NCBI GenBank assembly: GCA_965198005.1
Contig: CBDAOI010000004.1
Coordinates: 896,001 to 960,000, forward strand
DNA from: Spirochaetia bacterium
Lineage (GTDB): Bacteria > Spirochaetota > Spirochaetia > SZUA-6 > Bin103
Direction of reading: 5' to 3'
DNA: 64,000 bases
Positions 52,578-63,203 of the stretch are shown one piece after another. The notes under the pieces were generated by a model. That model did not search any database. It was given only the letters and a program-made list of their open reading frames with translations, and was not told the origin of the DNA. The translations under genes and the position numbers were made by a program. The stretch's first letter is position 1; each line of letters opens with the position of its first letter.

Positions 52578-53075
52578 TCAGCCAGCGGGAGCGGCGTGCA
52601 GGTGGAGGGTGGTGGTGATCCGCACGCAGCCGCGCAGGGTGCGGGCCACCGGACACCGGTCGGCATGGAAGCCGTGGGCGCGCTCGGCCGCGGCGCGCTG
52701 GGCCGGGTTCAGCTTCAGGTGGTAGTCGACGTGGATCGCGCGGACTACCAGAACCGCGCCGTCCTTACCGATGTAACCGGTCGCCTGACTGGTGAGGTAT
52801 CCCTCGCCAGCCGGTATGTCGCGCGCTTCCAGCGCGCCTCCCAACGTCCCGGTCAGTCACCCGGCGGCGGCCGCCACCACGTAGTCCAGCGTCGTGGTAT
52901 GCGGCGCATGCTGCCCGGGGTCGACGCCGTAATGCTCGGCTACCTGCGAATGGACCCCGAACAGCACCGGGTCGGGCGCGGCCGGCAGGTACGCGCGGCG
53001 CAACGGCCCGCGCAACCGCTCGATGCGCACCTCGGATCGATAGACCGTGTCGGGCGGAACGCCGCCTTGAGCCAT
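52578..53075 (-). CDS. OsmC-like protein, probable selenoprotein (UGA at 52857-52859)
   Basis: ORFs 52857..53075 and 52578..52844 are in one frame: TLDYVVAAAAG-UGA-LTGTLGGALEAR...CPVARTL. SECIS-like hairpin follows. Confidence 0.8.
52811..52856 (-). promoter_or_regulatory. Candidate bacterial SECIS element
   Basis: Upper stem GCGCGCU-GGA-AGCGCGC (52821-52837) with loop about 26 nt after the UGA. Lower stem ccgg/ccgg and guu/gac. Confidence 0.65.
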
Positions 53076-53298
53076 GGCTCATCCTACACCCCGAGCGCCA
53101 AGCCCGCCAGTCCGTCAACGACAACACTTGCAGAGAGCTGGGCCGGCGCTCGAGATTGCCTGGCTTGCGCTCGTTCCGCGCCTCCCTGGGCTGAACATGC
53201 TATGATGTCGTCATAAAGCGGCGCAAAATGACGACGGACGTTGCAGTTTTCACACCGCACCGTGCAGGCGGCGGGCCGCGTGTCCGGCAGGCGGACGC

Positions 53299-54465
53299 AT
53301 GAGCATGGTCATGATCGCCTACCGATCGCGCAGCCTGACCGCACTTCGCTCGTCCTTCTTTCTGTTCGGCCCGCGCGGAACCGGCAAGACGACCTGGGTC
53401 CGCCACGAATACCCGGATGCGTATCGCATCGATCTGCTCGACGAGGCCCTGTATCAGAGTTATCTGGCTGACGCGGGACGATTCGCGGGCGAGCTGCGGA
53501 CGGTCGCCCCCGGCGGCTGGGTGTTCGTGGACGAGATACAGCGGCTGCCCGGTCTGCTCAACGAAGTGCACCGCCACATCGAAGGCGGCGGTCTCCGCTT
53601 CATCCTGACCGGCTCGTCGGCGCGGAAGCTGAAGCGAGCCGACGTCAATCTCCTGGGCGGGCGCGCGGTCCACACCCGCATGTATCCCTTCTTGCCGCAC
53701 GAGCTGGGTACCGACTTCGATCTCGACACGGTGCTCCAGCACGGCAGCCTGCCGGTAATCTGGAATGCCGACGACCCGGTAGCGGCGTTGCGTACCTACG
53801 TCCAGCTCTACTTGAAGGAAGAGATCAAGGGCGAAGCGCTGGTTCGGAACCTGGCCGGCTTCGCCCGCTTCCTGCCGGTCGCCGCCCTGTTTCACGGCCA
53901 GACGCTCAACGTCGCTTCCGCCGCGCGCGATGCCGAAGTCAGCCGGACGACGTTGGCCGGCTACGTGGAGATCCTGGAGGACACGCTGGTCGCGTTTCGG
54001 CTGCCGGCGTACGATCCCAAGTTGCGGGTCCGGGAACGGAAGCACCCCAAGCTGTACTGGATCGATCCGGGATTGGCACGGGCGGCAGCCGGGCGCTTCC
54101 GTGACCTCGACTCGCGCGAACGCGGCCCTCTGTTCGAGGGCTGGATCGCCACCGTGCTGGCCAGTTATCGCGACTACCACGGCGCGTTCGACGAAATGTA
54201 CTACTGGGCGCCGGCGCAAGCGCGGGACACGGAGGTCGACTTCCTGCTGTTGCGCGACGGCAAGTCGATCGCGATCGAGGCCAAGGCGTCCTCACGGATC
54301 CACGATCGTCACCTTGCTGGACTCCGTGCCGTCGCCCCGCTGCCCGGCCTGCAGCGCCGAATTCTCACGTACACGGGCGCGCGCCGCATGCGGAGCCCGG
54401 ACGGGGTCGACATCTGGCCGCTTCCCGATCTCCTGGAAGCCCTGGATGGCGACCGGCTCTGGTAA
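53299..54465 (+). CDS. AAA+ ATPase with DUF4143 / restriction-endonuclease-like C-terminus
   Basis: GPRGTGKT, VDEIQR, LTGSSARKL, PKLYWIDPG, EVDFL..IEAK. Confidence 0.9.
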   Translation: MSMVMIAYRSRSLTALRSSFFLFGPRGTGKTTWVRHEYPDAYRIDLLDEALYQSYLADAGRFAGELRTVAPGGWVFVDEIQRLPGLLNEVHRHIEGGGLRFILTGSSARKLKRADVNLLGGRAVHTRMYPFLPHELGTDFDLDTVLQHGSLPVIWNADDPVAALRTYVQLYLKEEIKGEALVRNLAGFARFLPVAALFHGQTLNVASAARDAEVSRTTLAGYVEILEDTLVAFRLPAYDPKLRVRERKHPKLYWIDPGLARAAAGRFRDLDSRERGPLFEGWIATVLASYRDYHGAFDEMYYWAPAQARDTEVDFLLLRDGKSIAIEAKASSRIHDRHLAGLRAVAPLPGLQRRILTYTGARRMRSPDGVDIWPLPDLLEALDGDRLW

Positions 54466-54524
54466 CGGTCACTCCCTTGGAGGTCCCGTAAATACGAGCC
54501 ATCCGGGATGCGCGGCTCCATGAT

Positions 54525-54971
54525 CTACCGCTTCGGCCAGTCCTGCAGCGCTACGTTCCTTGCGAGTTGCTCCTTGCGCTGATTGCCGCTGGGATCCTCG
54601 AAACCGAGCGCACGCAGCCGATCCTCACGGTTCTTCCGCTTGCGAAGTTCCGTGCCGCCGAGATCCAGGTAAGGCGAGAGCGCCGTCCAGCGGGCGGCGC
54701 GCAGGAGCGCGTCGAAGTCGCCGGGGGACATGGCATCCGTGTTCCCCGCATCGGGCAGCGCTGTCGGTTCGAGGAGCGTGCACCCCGGCTCCAGTTCCCA
54801 CAGCAGCCGTTCCTCGACGGGCGAGCGGCTGTCCTTGTATTCGACGTGCACGAGGTGCAGCCGCCCGGTCTCGCCGTCGAACGGCTCGACGGCGGCGACG
54901 ATGCCGCTTCGGTTGCGGACCGTGGCAAGCATGCCGGCGCGGGGAACGGTGGCTGTTGCGGACTCGCTCAC
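54525..54971 (-). pseudogene. N-terminal remnant of a DrmD-like SNF2 helicase (DISARM-like), fused to an unrelated tail
   Basis: PRAGMLATVRNR..LVHVEY.D....E.LLWELEP..FDALLRAARW. No helicase motifs follow. Confidence 0.55.
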
Positions 54972-55233
54972 GGCGTGATCCCAGTCGAGGGGACGCGTCG
55001 GACTGAATGCGGCGGGTCACCCGCCCGGTTTGTCTCCATCTGGTTCGCCACGGCGCAAGATTGCCACGACTCGCGCGCCAGACGCGAGCGACAGAAGATC
55101 GCGCATCTGCTGGTGCTCCAGGGCGCCGGCCGTGCCGGCCTTGACCGTAATCGAGCCTGCGTTACTTCATTGGTAGGATAATGGTCCTACCGGCCGTGAT
55201 CGTGCCAGCGTATCGTCCCGTGCTGCGGCTGTC

Positions 55234-56412
55234 ATGAAGGCTCCGCAGCGCGTATTCACTCCCGGTGCGGGCGTCGCGCCGCCTGCGCTGACCGGGCGCG
55301 AGCGGGAGCAGGGGGTATTGACGCAGTGCCTGGCGGACCTTCTTGGCGGCAACGCCCCGCCGCACGACGTGGCGCTGATGGGGCCGCGCGGCAACGGCAA
55401 GACCGTGCTGCTCAACTGGTTCGCGGGCGCCTGCCGCGACGCTGGTCGGGTGGACGTCGCGCGGCTGTCGCCAAGCCGGATACGGACCGGGCAGGCGCTG
55501 GCCGACGCCTTGTTGCCGGTGTCGTTCATCCGGAAGTTCCTGCCAAGAAAACTCGGCGTCACGGGCGTCGGTCAAGCCGAATGGGCGGCGCCAGAGCGGT
55601 CCGCGCAGGACCTCACGGAGCGGCTGACTGCTCGCTGCCGCAGAAGACCCGTGGTCGTGTTGGTTGACGAAGCTCATACACTCACCCGTGACGTTGGTCG
55701 ACTGCTGCTCAATGTCAGCCAGGAGGTCCGCGCCAACGCGCCATTCCTGCTGGTGCTGGCCGGAACACCGGGCCTGCCGGCGCATCTCGGTACCATGAAC
55801 GCCTCCTTCTGGAGCCGGCTGGATGAAGGACGCCTCGGCATCGGCCTGCTGAGCGACGCTGCCGCCCGTGCCGCTCTAATCAACCCGCTGGCCGCCCACG
55901 GCGTGGGCATCGAGGCCGACGCCCTCGATGCGGTCGTCGAGCACAGCCAGCGCTACCCGTACTTCATTCAAGTTTGGGGCCGCGCCCTGTGGCAGCAGCG
56001 CTTGGCCATCGAAACCTCCCGGTTGACCGCGGCGCACGCGGACGCGGCGCGGTCTCACGTGATCGCCCGGGTCACGGATTACTACCAGGACCGCTATCGG
56101 GAACTGGAAACGCGCGGTCTGCTGCCGGCAGCCGTCGCGGCGGCGGCGCTGTTCGCGGCCGGCGCTTCGACCGCGACCGATCGCGACTTCGATACCGCCC
56201 TCGCCGCAACCGGCGACGGCGCCGCGGGGCGACTGGCGGCACGCGAGGAATTGAACCGGCTGGGCTACGTCTGGAGCCCGCCGGCCCAACTGCCGCCGGT
56301 CGTCTGGGTCGCCGGTATCCCGTCGCTGATGACGTTCGTTCTCGACCACGCCCCGCCGCTCCGCCCACCCGCGGGCGACGCCGACGACAACCGAGGCAGA
56401 TCCGGTCCGTGA
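55234..56412 (+). CDS. AAA_16-type P-loop ATPase
   Basis: FTPGAGVAPPALTGRERE, GPRGNGKT, VLVDEAH, YPYFIQ. Confidence 0.85.
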   Translation: MKAPQRVFTPGAGVAPPALTGREREQGVLTQCLADLLGGNAPPHDVALMGPRGNGKTVLLNWFAGACRDAGRVDVARLSPSRIRTGQALADALLPVSFIRKFLPRKLGVTGVGQAEWAAPERSAQDLTERLTARCRRRPVVVLVDEAHTLTRDVGRLLLNVSQEVRANAPFLLVLAGTPGLPAHLGTMNASFWSRLDEGRLGIGLLSDAAARAALINPLAAHGVGIEADALDAVVEHSQRYPYFIQVWGRALWQQRLAIETSRLTAAHADAARSHVIARVTDYYQDRYRELETRGLLPAAVAAAALFAAGASTATDRDFDTALAATGDGAAGRLAAREELNRLGYVWSPPAQLPPVVWVAGIPSLMTFVLDHAPPLRPPAGDADDNRGRSGP

Positions 56413-56484
56413 GCTTGTCACCGCCCCGGATCGCTGCCGCAGAGTACACCGGCGGCAGTGGGGCGGGCGGGAGCGGCCGGGGGG

Positions 56485-56817
56485 TTAGGCGAGGCCGCCG
56501 CGTTCTTCGCGGAACCTGAGCACGTTGCCCACCTCGTTCGCAACTTCAGCTCTGAGCTCTGCGCGGAGCGTGGCAACGTCGGTCTTGGTCATCAGGGTTT
56601 TGAGTTCTGCCAGGATGCTGGCCTGCCCGTCCTGGAGGTTGGAGATGTCCTGCCTTATGTTGGCCTGCCCGTCCTGGAGGTTGGAGATGTCGTGCTTTAT
56701 GCTGGCCTGCCCGTCCTGGAGGTCGGTGACCTCCTTCCGGAGGTCGGTGACCGCCCGCTCAATGCGCAACTGCCCTGTGACCAGCAGTTGCAAGGTCTGG
56801 CTTAAGTCTTCCGCCAT
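56485..56817 (-). CDS. Small coiled-coil protein with 14-aa repeats
   Basis: ATG after AGGAGG. LQDGQA(S/N)I..DISN repeats. Confidence 0.75.
   Translation of the reverse strand: MAEDLSQTLQLLVTGQLRIERAVTDLRKEVTDLQDGQASIKHDISNLQDGQANIRQDISNLQDGQASILAELKTLMTKTDVATLRAELRAEVANEVGNVLRFREERGGLA
56615..56730. repeat. 42-bp tandem repeat, about 2.7 copies (coding)
   Basis: atg(c/t)tggcctgcccgtcctggaggttggagatgtc... starting at 56615, 56657 and 56699. Confidence 0.9.
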
Positions 56818-56945
56818 AAGTGCCCTCCTGGAAATGGATGTTGCATGATGTGCTACTCAGGCAACACAGGTCAACCCCTTGAACCGCTCCCGCAGAGTAC
56901 ACCGGCGCCAATGCTCCGGACGGAGTAGCCTATCCCCACTTAGCC

Positions 56946-57983
<1,038 letters not shown>

Positions 57984-57990
57984 GGTTCGG

Positions 57991-59148
57991 CTACTCCTCC
58001 GCCGCCGCGCCCGCCGCGCCCGCCGCGCCCGCCGGCGCCTCCGCCGCCGCCTGCCGCGCCCGGAACCAGGGCCGCAACGCCGGCAGGAACAGGTACTCCA
58101 GGGCGCCCACGAACAGGATCACCAGGCCCTGGATCACCACCACCAGGTCGCGCGTCACCTTGGGCATTTCGAACGCCAGCTCGGCGCCGCCCTGGTAGAG
58201 CGCGCCGAACAGCAGGCTGGCCAGCACAATCCCGACCGGGTGGTTGCGCCCCATCAGCGACACCGCGATGCCGACGAAGCCGTAGCCGGCGGTGAAGTTG
58301 AGCAGCAAACGGTGGTTTACCCCCATCACCTCGTTCAGCCCCATCATGCCGGCCAGCGCGCCGGAGATCGCCATCGCGCGGACGACGTTGCGTGCCGGCG
58401 AGATGCCGGCATAGACCGCGGCCGCGGGGTTGGCCCCGACCGTGCGCAACTCGTAGCCCCAGCGGGTGTGCCAGATGAAGATCCACACCAGGACGCCGCA
58501 CACCAGCGCCAACGGAAACGCCAAGTTCAGCGGCGTGCGCGGAAAGTCGATCCCGATCCGGCCGAGCAGGTCGTGCATCGCCGGCAGGGTCGCGTGCTCC
58601 GCGAAGGCGCGGCTCTGCGGCGACATCTGGCCCGGCTCGATCAGCACGTTCACCAGCAGATAGACCATCAGGGTGGCGGCGATGAAGTTGAACATGATGG
58701 TGGTGATCACCACGTGCGAGCCGCGCCGCGCCTGCAGGTAGCCCGGCACCCACGCCCACAGCGCCCCGAAAGCCGCGCCGCCGAGCACCGCCAGCGGCAG
58801 CAGCAGCAGGAACGGCAGCCCGTCGAGGAACAGGCACACCAGCCCGACCCCGAGGCCGCCGACGTAGCCCTGCCCCTCGCCGCCGATGTTGAACAGGCCG
58901 CAGTGCAGCGCCACCGACACCGCCAGCGCGGTGAATAGGAAGTTGGTGGCGTAGTACAGCGTGTAGCCCCACGCCTCACGGAAGCCGAAGGCGCCGCGCA
59001 CCAGGCTCACCAGCGCCTGCACCGGGCTCTCGCCGAGCACCAGGATCACGCTGCCCGCCACCGCGAGCGCCGCCAGCAGATTGATCAGCGGCAGCAGCGC
59101 GGTGGCGGCCCAGCGCGGCAGGCCGGAGCCGGGATCGGTGGCCGCCAC
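57991..59148 (-). CDS. Nucleoside ABC transporter permease 1
   Basis: GLFNIGGEGQ, ITTIMFN, GYGFVGIAVSLMGRNHP. Confidence 0.9.
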   Translation of the reverse strand: MAATDPGSGLPRWAATALLPLINLLAALAVAGSVILVLGESPVQALVSLVRGAFGFREAWGYTLYYATNFLFTALAVSVALHCGLFNIGGEGQGYVGGLGVGLVCLFLDGLPFLLLLPLAVLGGAAFGALWAWVPGYLQARRGSHVVITTIMFNFIAATLMVYLLVNVLIEPGQMSPQSRAFAEHATLPAMHDLLGRIGIDFPRTPLNLAFPLALVCGVLVWIFIWHTRWGYELRTVGANPAAAVYAGISPARNVVRAMAISGALAGMMGLNEVMGVNHRLLLNFTAGYGFVGIAVSLMGRNHPVGIVLASLLFGALYQGGAELAFEMPKVTRDLVVVIQGLVILFVGALEYLFLPALRPWFRARQAAAEAPAGAAGAAGAAAEE

Positions 59149-59149
59149 C

Positions 59150-60760
59150 TCAAGCCGCTCCTACGCCGGCCATCAGCGCGCCCAGGGTCCGCTCCGTCGC
59201 CTCGGCGCCCGCCACCTCGCCGGCGACTGCGCCGTCGAACATCACCAGGATGCGGTCACTCAACGACATGATCTCGTCCAGCTCCACCGATACCAGCAGG
59301 ATCGCCTTGCCCTGGTCGCGCAACGCGACCAGCCGGCGGTGGATGAATTCGATGGCGCCGATGTCGAGGCCGCGCGTGGGCTGGCCGATCAGCAGCACGT
59401 CGGGGTCGCGGTCCAGCTCGCGCGCGACGATGATCTTCTGCTGGTTGCCGCCGGAAAAACCGTCGCAGCGCAGCAGCGGATCGGCCGGGCGCACGTCGAA
59501 CTCGTCCATCTGACGCTGCGAGGCGGCGATGATCCGCTGCCGGTGCATCAGCAGCGGGCCGTTGTAGGCGCGGTCGTCGTGGTAGCCCAGGATCGAAGAC
59601 TCGTTGGCGGCGAAGCTGGTCACCAGCCCCACGCGCTGCCGGTCCTCGGGCACGTGGCCCAGGCCGGCGTGGCGCATCCGGCGGGCGTCGGCCGTGTCAA
59701 GGCCCGCACCGGGGGCGGCTTCCCCCGCTTCCCCCGCGGCGCCCGCGGCGCTGGCGTACAGCACGGCGCCGTTCACCTCCAGCGTGCCGCCTTCAGGCCG
59801 GGTGATGCCGGACAGCAGCGCCAGCAGCTCCGACTGGCCGTTGCCGGCCACCCCGGCGATGCCCACGATCTCCCCGCGGCGCACCTTCAGGCTCACGTCC
59901 TTGACGCGGCGCACGCCGGCAGGGTCGGTGTAGGCGAGGTGGTCCGCCTGCAGCAGCACCTCACCCGGCCGGGCCGGCCGCTTCTCGACCCGCAGCAGCA
60001 CCTTGCGGCCGACCATCAGCTCCGCGAGCTGCTCGCGCGAGGTGTCGGCGGTGGCGACGTTGGCCACCACCGCGCCGCGCCGCATCACCGTGACCCGGTC
60101 GGTGATCGCCATGATCTCGCGCAGCTTGTGGGTGATCAGGATCATGGTGCGGCCCTGCGCCCTGAGCGCGGCCAGGATGCGGAACAGCTCGTCCGCCTCC
60201 TGCGGGGTCAGCACGCCGGTGGGCTCGTCGAGAATCAGGGTCTGGGCGCCGCGGTACAGCGCCTTGAGGATCTCCACCCGTTGCTGGATCCCGACCGGAA
60301 GGTCCTCGACCCGCGCGTCCACGTCCACCTGCAGCCCGTACTCGCTCTCCAGGCGGGCCAGCACGGCGCGTGCCCGGCGCCGGCCGTGGCGCAGCAACGG
60401 GCCCTGCTCGGCGCCCAGCAGCACGTTCTCCAGCACCGTGAGCGGTTCCACCAGCATGAAGTGCTGGTGCACCATGCCGATGCCGGCGGCGATGGCATCG
60501 GCCGGGCTGGCGATCTCGGCCGCACGGCCGCCGACCTCGATGCTCCCGGAGCCGGCCCGGTAGAAGCCGTACAGGATGCTCATCAGGGTCGACTTGCCGG
60601 CGCCGTTCTCGCCGACGATGCCGTGGATCGACCCCTGCGCCACCTCCAGCGAGACGGCGCGGTTGGCGTGGATCGCCCCGAACCGCTTGTCGATACCGCG
60701 CAGGGCGACCGCGACCGGCGGCCGGCCCGCGCGTCCGCCCCCGCGTGGCGGCCCCGTTAC
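59150..60760 (-). CDS. Nucleoside ABC transporter ATPase (double domain); start uncertain
   Basis: GENGAGKST, QHFMLV, LDEPT, PEDR, SGGNQQK, QPTRGLD. Confidence 0.88.
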   Translation of the reverse strand, partial: VTGPPRGGGRAGRPPVAVALRGIDKRFGAIHANRAVSLEVAQGSIHGIVGENGAGKSTLMSILYGFYRAGSGSIEVGGRAAEIASPADAIAAGIGMVHQHFMLVEPLTVLENVLLGAEQGPLLRHGRRRARAVLARLESEYGLQVDVDARVEDLPVGIQQRVEILKALYRGAQTLILDEPTGVLTPQEADELFRILAALRAQGRTMILITHKLREIMAITDRVTVMRRGAVVANVATADTSREQLAELMVGRKVLLRVEKRPARPGEVLLQADHLAYTDPAGVRRVKDVSLKVRRGEIVGIAGVAGNGQSELLALLSGITRPEGGTLEVNGAVLYASAAGAAGEAGEAAPGAGLDTADARRMRHAGLGHVPEDRQRVGLVTSFAANESSILGYHDDRAYNGPLLMHRQRIIAASQRQMDEFDVRPADPLLRCDGFSGGNQQKIIVARELDRDPDVLLIGQPTRGLDIGAIEFIHRRLVALRDQGKAILLVSVELDEIMSLSDRILVMFDGAVAGEVAGAEATERTLGALMAGVGAA

Positions 60761-61743
60761 GGGCAGGAGTTGGTCGCCATGTAGTCGTGCACCGTCAGCT
60801 CGCCCGCGACGATCGCCGCGCGTGCGGCTTCCACCTGCTCCGCCACCGCCGCGCTGATCAGCGCTTCGTTGTGCTCGTCCAGCGCCCAGCCGACCCCGTC
60901 CTCGGCCAGCCCCAGGTCCCGGATGCCGGCCGACCAGGTACCGTCCATGGCGGTCTTGTACACGTCGTAGGCGGCCACGTCGACGCGCTTCAGCATCGAG
61001 GTCAACACCGACCCCGGATGCAGGTAGTTCTGGTTGGAGTCGACCCCGATCGACAGCTTGCCGGCGTCCGCGGCCGCCTGCAGCACGCCCAGCCCGGTGC
61101 CGCCAGCCGCCGCGAACACGATGTCCGCCCCGCGGTCGAACTGCGACTTGGCCAGCTCCGCGCCCTTGACCGGGTCGTTCCACGCCGCCGGCGTGGTGCC
61201 GGTCATGTTCTGGTACACCTGCGCGTCCGGGTTGACGTGCCTGACTCCCTGCTCGTAGCCGCAGCCGAACCTGCGGATCAGTGGGATGTCCATGCCGCCC
61301 ACGAAGCCCACCTTGCCGGTCTCCGAGGCCATGGCCGCGATCATGCCGACCAGGAACGAGCCCTCGTGCTCCTTGAACACGATCGACTGCACGTTGGGCA
61401 GGTCCACCACCATGTCGATGATCGAGAAGCTGGTGTCGGGGTATTCGGCAGCCACCTTCTCCAGCGCCGGCGCCTGACCGAAGCCCACGGCGATGATCGG
61501 GTCGTAGCCGCGCCGTGCGAAGTTGCGCAGGGCCTGCTCACGCTGCGCCTCGTTGGCCACCTCGAACTCCGCGTACTTGATCCCGGTCTCCATGCGGAAC
61601 TGCTCGACGCCGTTGTAGATCCCTTCGTTGAAGGACTTGTCGAACTTGCCGCCCATGTCGAACACCACGGCCGGCTTGATCTCGGCCACCGCGCCGGCGG
61701 CCGCCAGCAGGGCGATGCCTGCTGCCCATAGTAAGCGTTTCAT
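60757..61743 (-). CDS. BMP-family nucleoside-binding protein
   Basis: GGKFDKSFN, FKEHEGSFL, AAGGTGLG, IGVDSNQ, TSMLKRVD. Confidence 0.92.
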   Translation of the reverse strand: MKRLLWAAGIALLAAAGAVAEIKPAVVFDMGGKFDKSFNEGIYNGVEQFRMETGIKYAEFEVANEAQREQALRNFARRGYDPIIAVGFGQAPALEKVAAEYPDTSFSIIDMVVDLPNVQSIVFKEHEGSFLVGMIAAMASETGKVGFVGGMDIPLIRRFGCGYEQGVRHVNPDAQVYQNMTGTTPAAWNDPVKGAELAKSQFDRGADIVFAAAGGTGLGVLQAAADAGKLSIGVDSNQNYLHPGSVLTSMLKRVDVAAYDVYKTAMDGTWSAGIRDLGLAEDGVGWALDEHNEALISAAVAEQVEAARAAIVAGELTVHDYMATNSCP

Positions 61744-61929
61744 CGATTCGCCTCCCTAGCTTTCTGCGGAGCGCGCCCGCGCGTCCGCGCCCTGAGCTTT
61801 GCGGAAATGCTCGATCCCTGCAACCGCGTGCGGAGGATCGGGAGGGCCGCCGGCACCGCCGGCCGGCCGGCCGGGCAGGCTCTCGATTCGCACCCCCCAT
61901 CCATGCTATGAATCAGGCACATCCCGACC

Positions 61930-63186
61930 ATGGACACGAAACGTGTGGTGATCACCGGGCTCGGTGCGGTCACGTCGCTCGGCAACACCGCCGCAGAGAC
62001 GTGGTGCGGGGTGCGTGCCGGCGCGGTGGGCATCGGGCCGCTCACCAAGTTCGACCCGGAGCCGTACGCCTCCCGGGTCGCCAGCGAAGTGCACGATCTC
62101 GACACCGACGGCTACCTGGAGCGGAAGGAAACCCGCCGCATGGATCCGTTCACCATCTACGCGCTGGTGTCGGTGATCCAGGCGTTGCGCGATGCCGGCC
62201 TGGATCAGCCGGGGGCGCTGGAGCCGGCGCGCGCGGGCGTCATGCTCGGCGTGGGGTTCGGCGGCGTCCATTCGTTCGAGGCCGCCTGCGTCAAGCTGTA
62301 CGAACGCGGCCCGAGCGGCGTGCATCCGCTGTTCGTGCCCATGTTCATGGGCAACGCCGCGGTCGGACAGATCGCGATGAAGTTCGGGTTCACCGGACCG
62401 TCGCTGGTGATCGCGTCCGCCTGCACGTCGGCCACCGACGCCATCGGCCGCGCGCTGCGCTGCATCCGCGCCGGGCTGTGCGACGTGATGGTGACCGGCG
62501 GGTCGGAGGCGTTGATTTCGCCGATCACCTTCGCCGGGTTCGGCAACCTGCAGGCGCTGTCGACCGGCTTCAATCACGATCCCGCGCGCGCCAGCCGCCC
62601 GTTCGACAAGGATCGCGACGGCTTCATTCTCGGCGAGGGCGCCGGCATCCTGGTGCTGGAGTCCGCCGAGCACGCCGCCGCCCGCGGCGCCCGCGCGTAC
62701 GCCGAGCTGGCCGGCTACGGGGCAACCTGTGACGCGTTTCACCTCACTGCGCCTCACTCCGAGGGGCTCGGGGCGCAGTCCGCCATGCGCATGGCGGTGC
62801 GCACCGCCGGTCTGGCGCCGGACGAGGTGGACTACGTCAACGCCCACGGCACCTCCACGCCGCTCAACGATCCGATCGAGACCGCCGCCATCAAGGGCGT
62901 GTTCGGGGAGCACGCCTACCGGCTCAAGGTGTCCTCCACCAAGTCGATGATCGGCCACCTGCTGGGCGGGGCCGGCGGCGCGGAGGCGGTGGTCACGGCC
63001 ATGGCGTTGCACGAGCAGTTCTATCCTCCGACGGCCAATCTGGAAGAGCCGGACCCGGCGTGCGATCTCGATTACGTGGCCCGGCAGGGGGTGGCGCAGC
63101 CGATGCGCGCCGCCATCTCCAGCAGCTTCGGGTTCGGCGGTCACAACGGGGTCATCGCGATGAAGCGCATCGGCACGGAGTCTTGA
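61930..63186 (+). CDS. fabF: Beta-ketoacyl-ACP synthase II
   Basis: RVVITGLG, SACTS, RPFDKDRDGF, NAHGTST, KSMIGHLLG, SFGFGGHN. Confidence 0.95.
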   Translation: MDTKRVVITGLGAVTSLGNTAAETWCGVRAGAVGIGPLTKFDPEPYASRVASEVHDLDTDGYLERKETRRMDPFTIYALVSVIQALRDAGLDQPGALEPARAGVMLGVGFGGVHSFEAACVKLYERGPSGVHPLFVPMFMGNAAVGQIAMKFGFTGPSLVIASACTSATDAIGRALRCIRAGLCDVMVTGGSEALISPITFAGFGNLQALSTGFNHDPARASRPFDKDRDGFILGEGAGILVLESAEHAAARGARAYAELAGYGATCDAFHLTAPHSEGLGAQSAMRMAVRTAGLAPDEVDYVNAHGTSTPLNDPIETAAIKGVFGEHAYRLKVSSTKSMIGHLLGGAGGAEAVVTAMALHEQFYPPTANLEEPDPACDLDYVARQGVAQPMRAAISSSFGFGGHNGVIAMKRIGTES

Positions 63187-63203
63187 TTACGGAGGAGTCG
63201 TGC

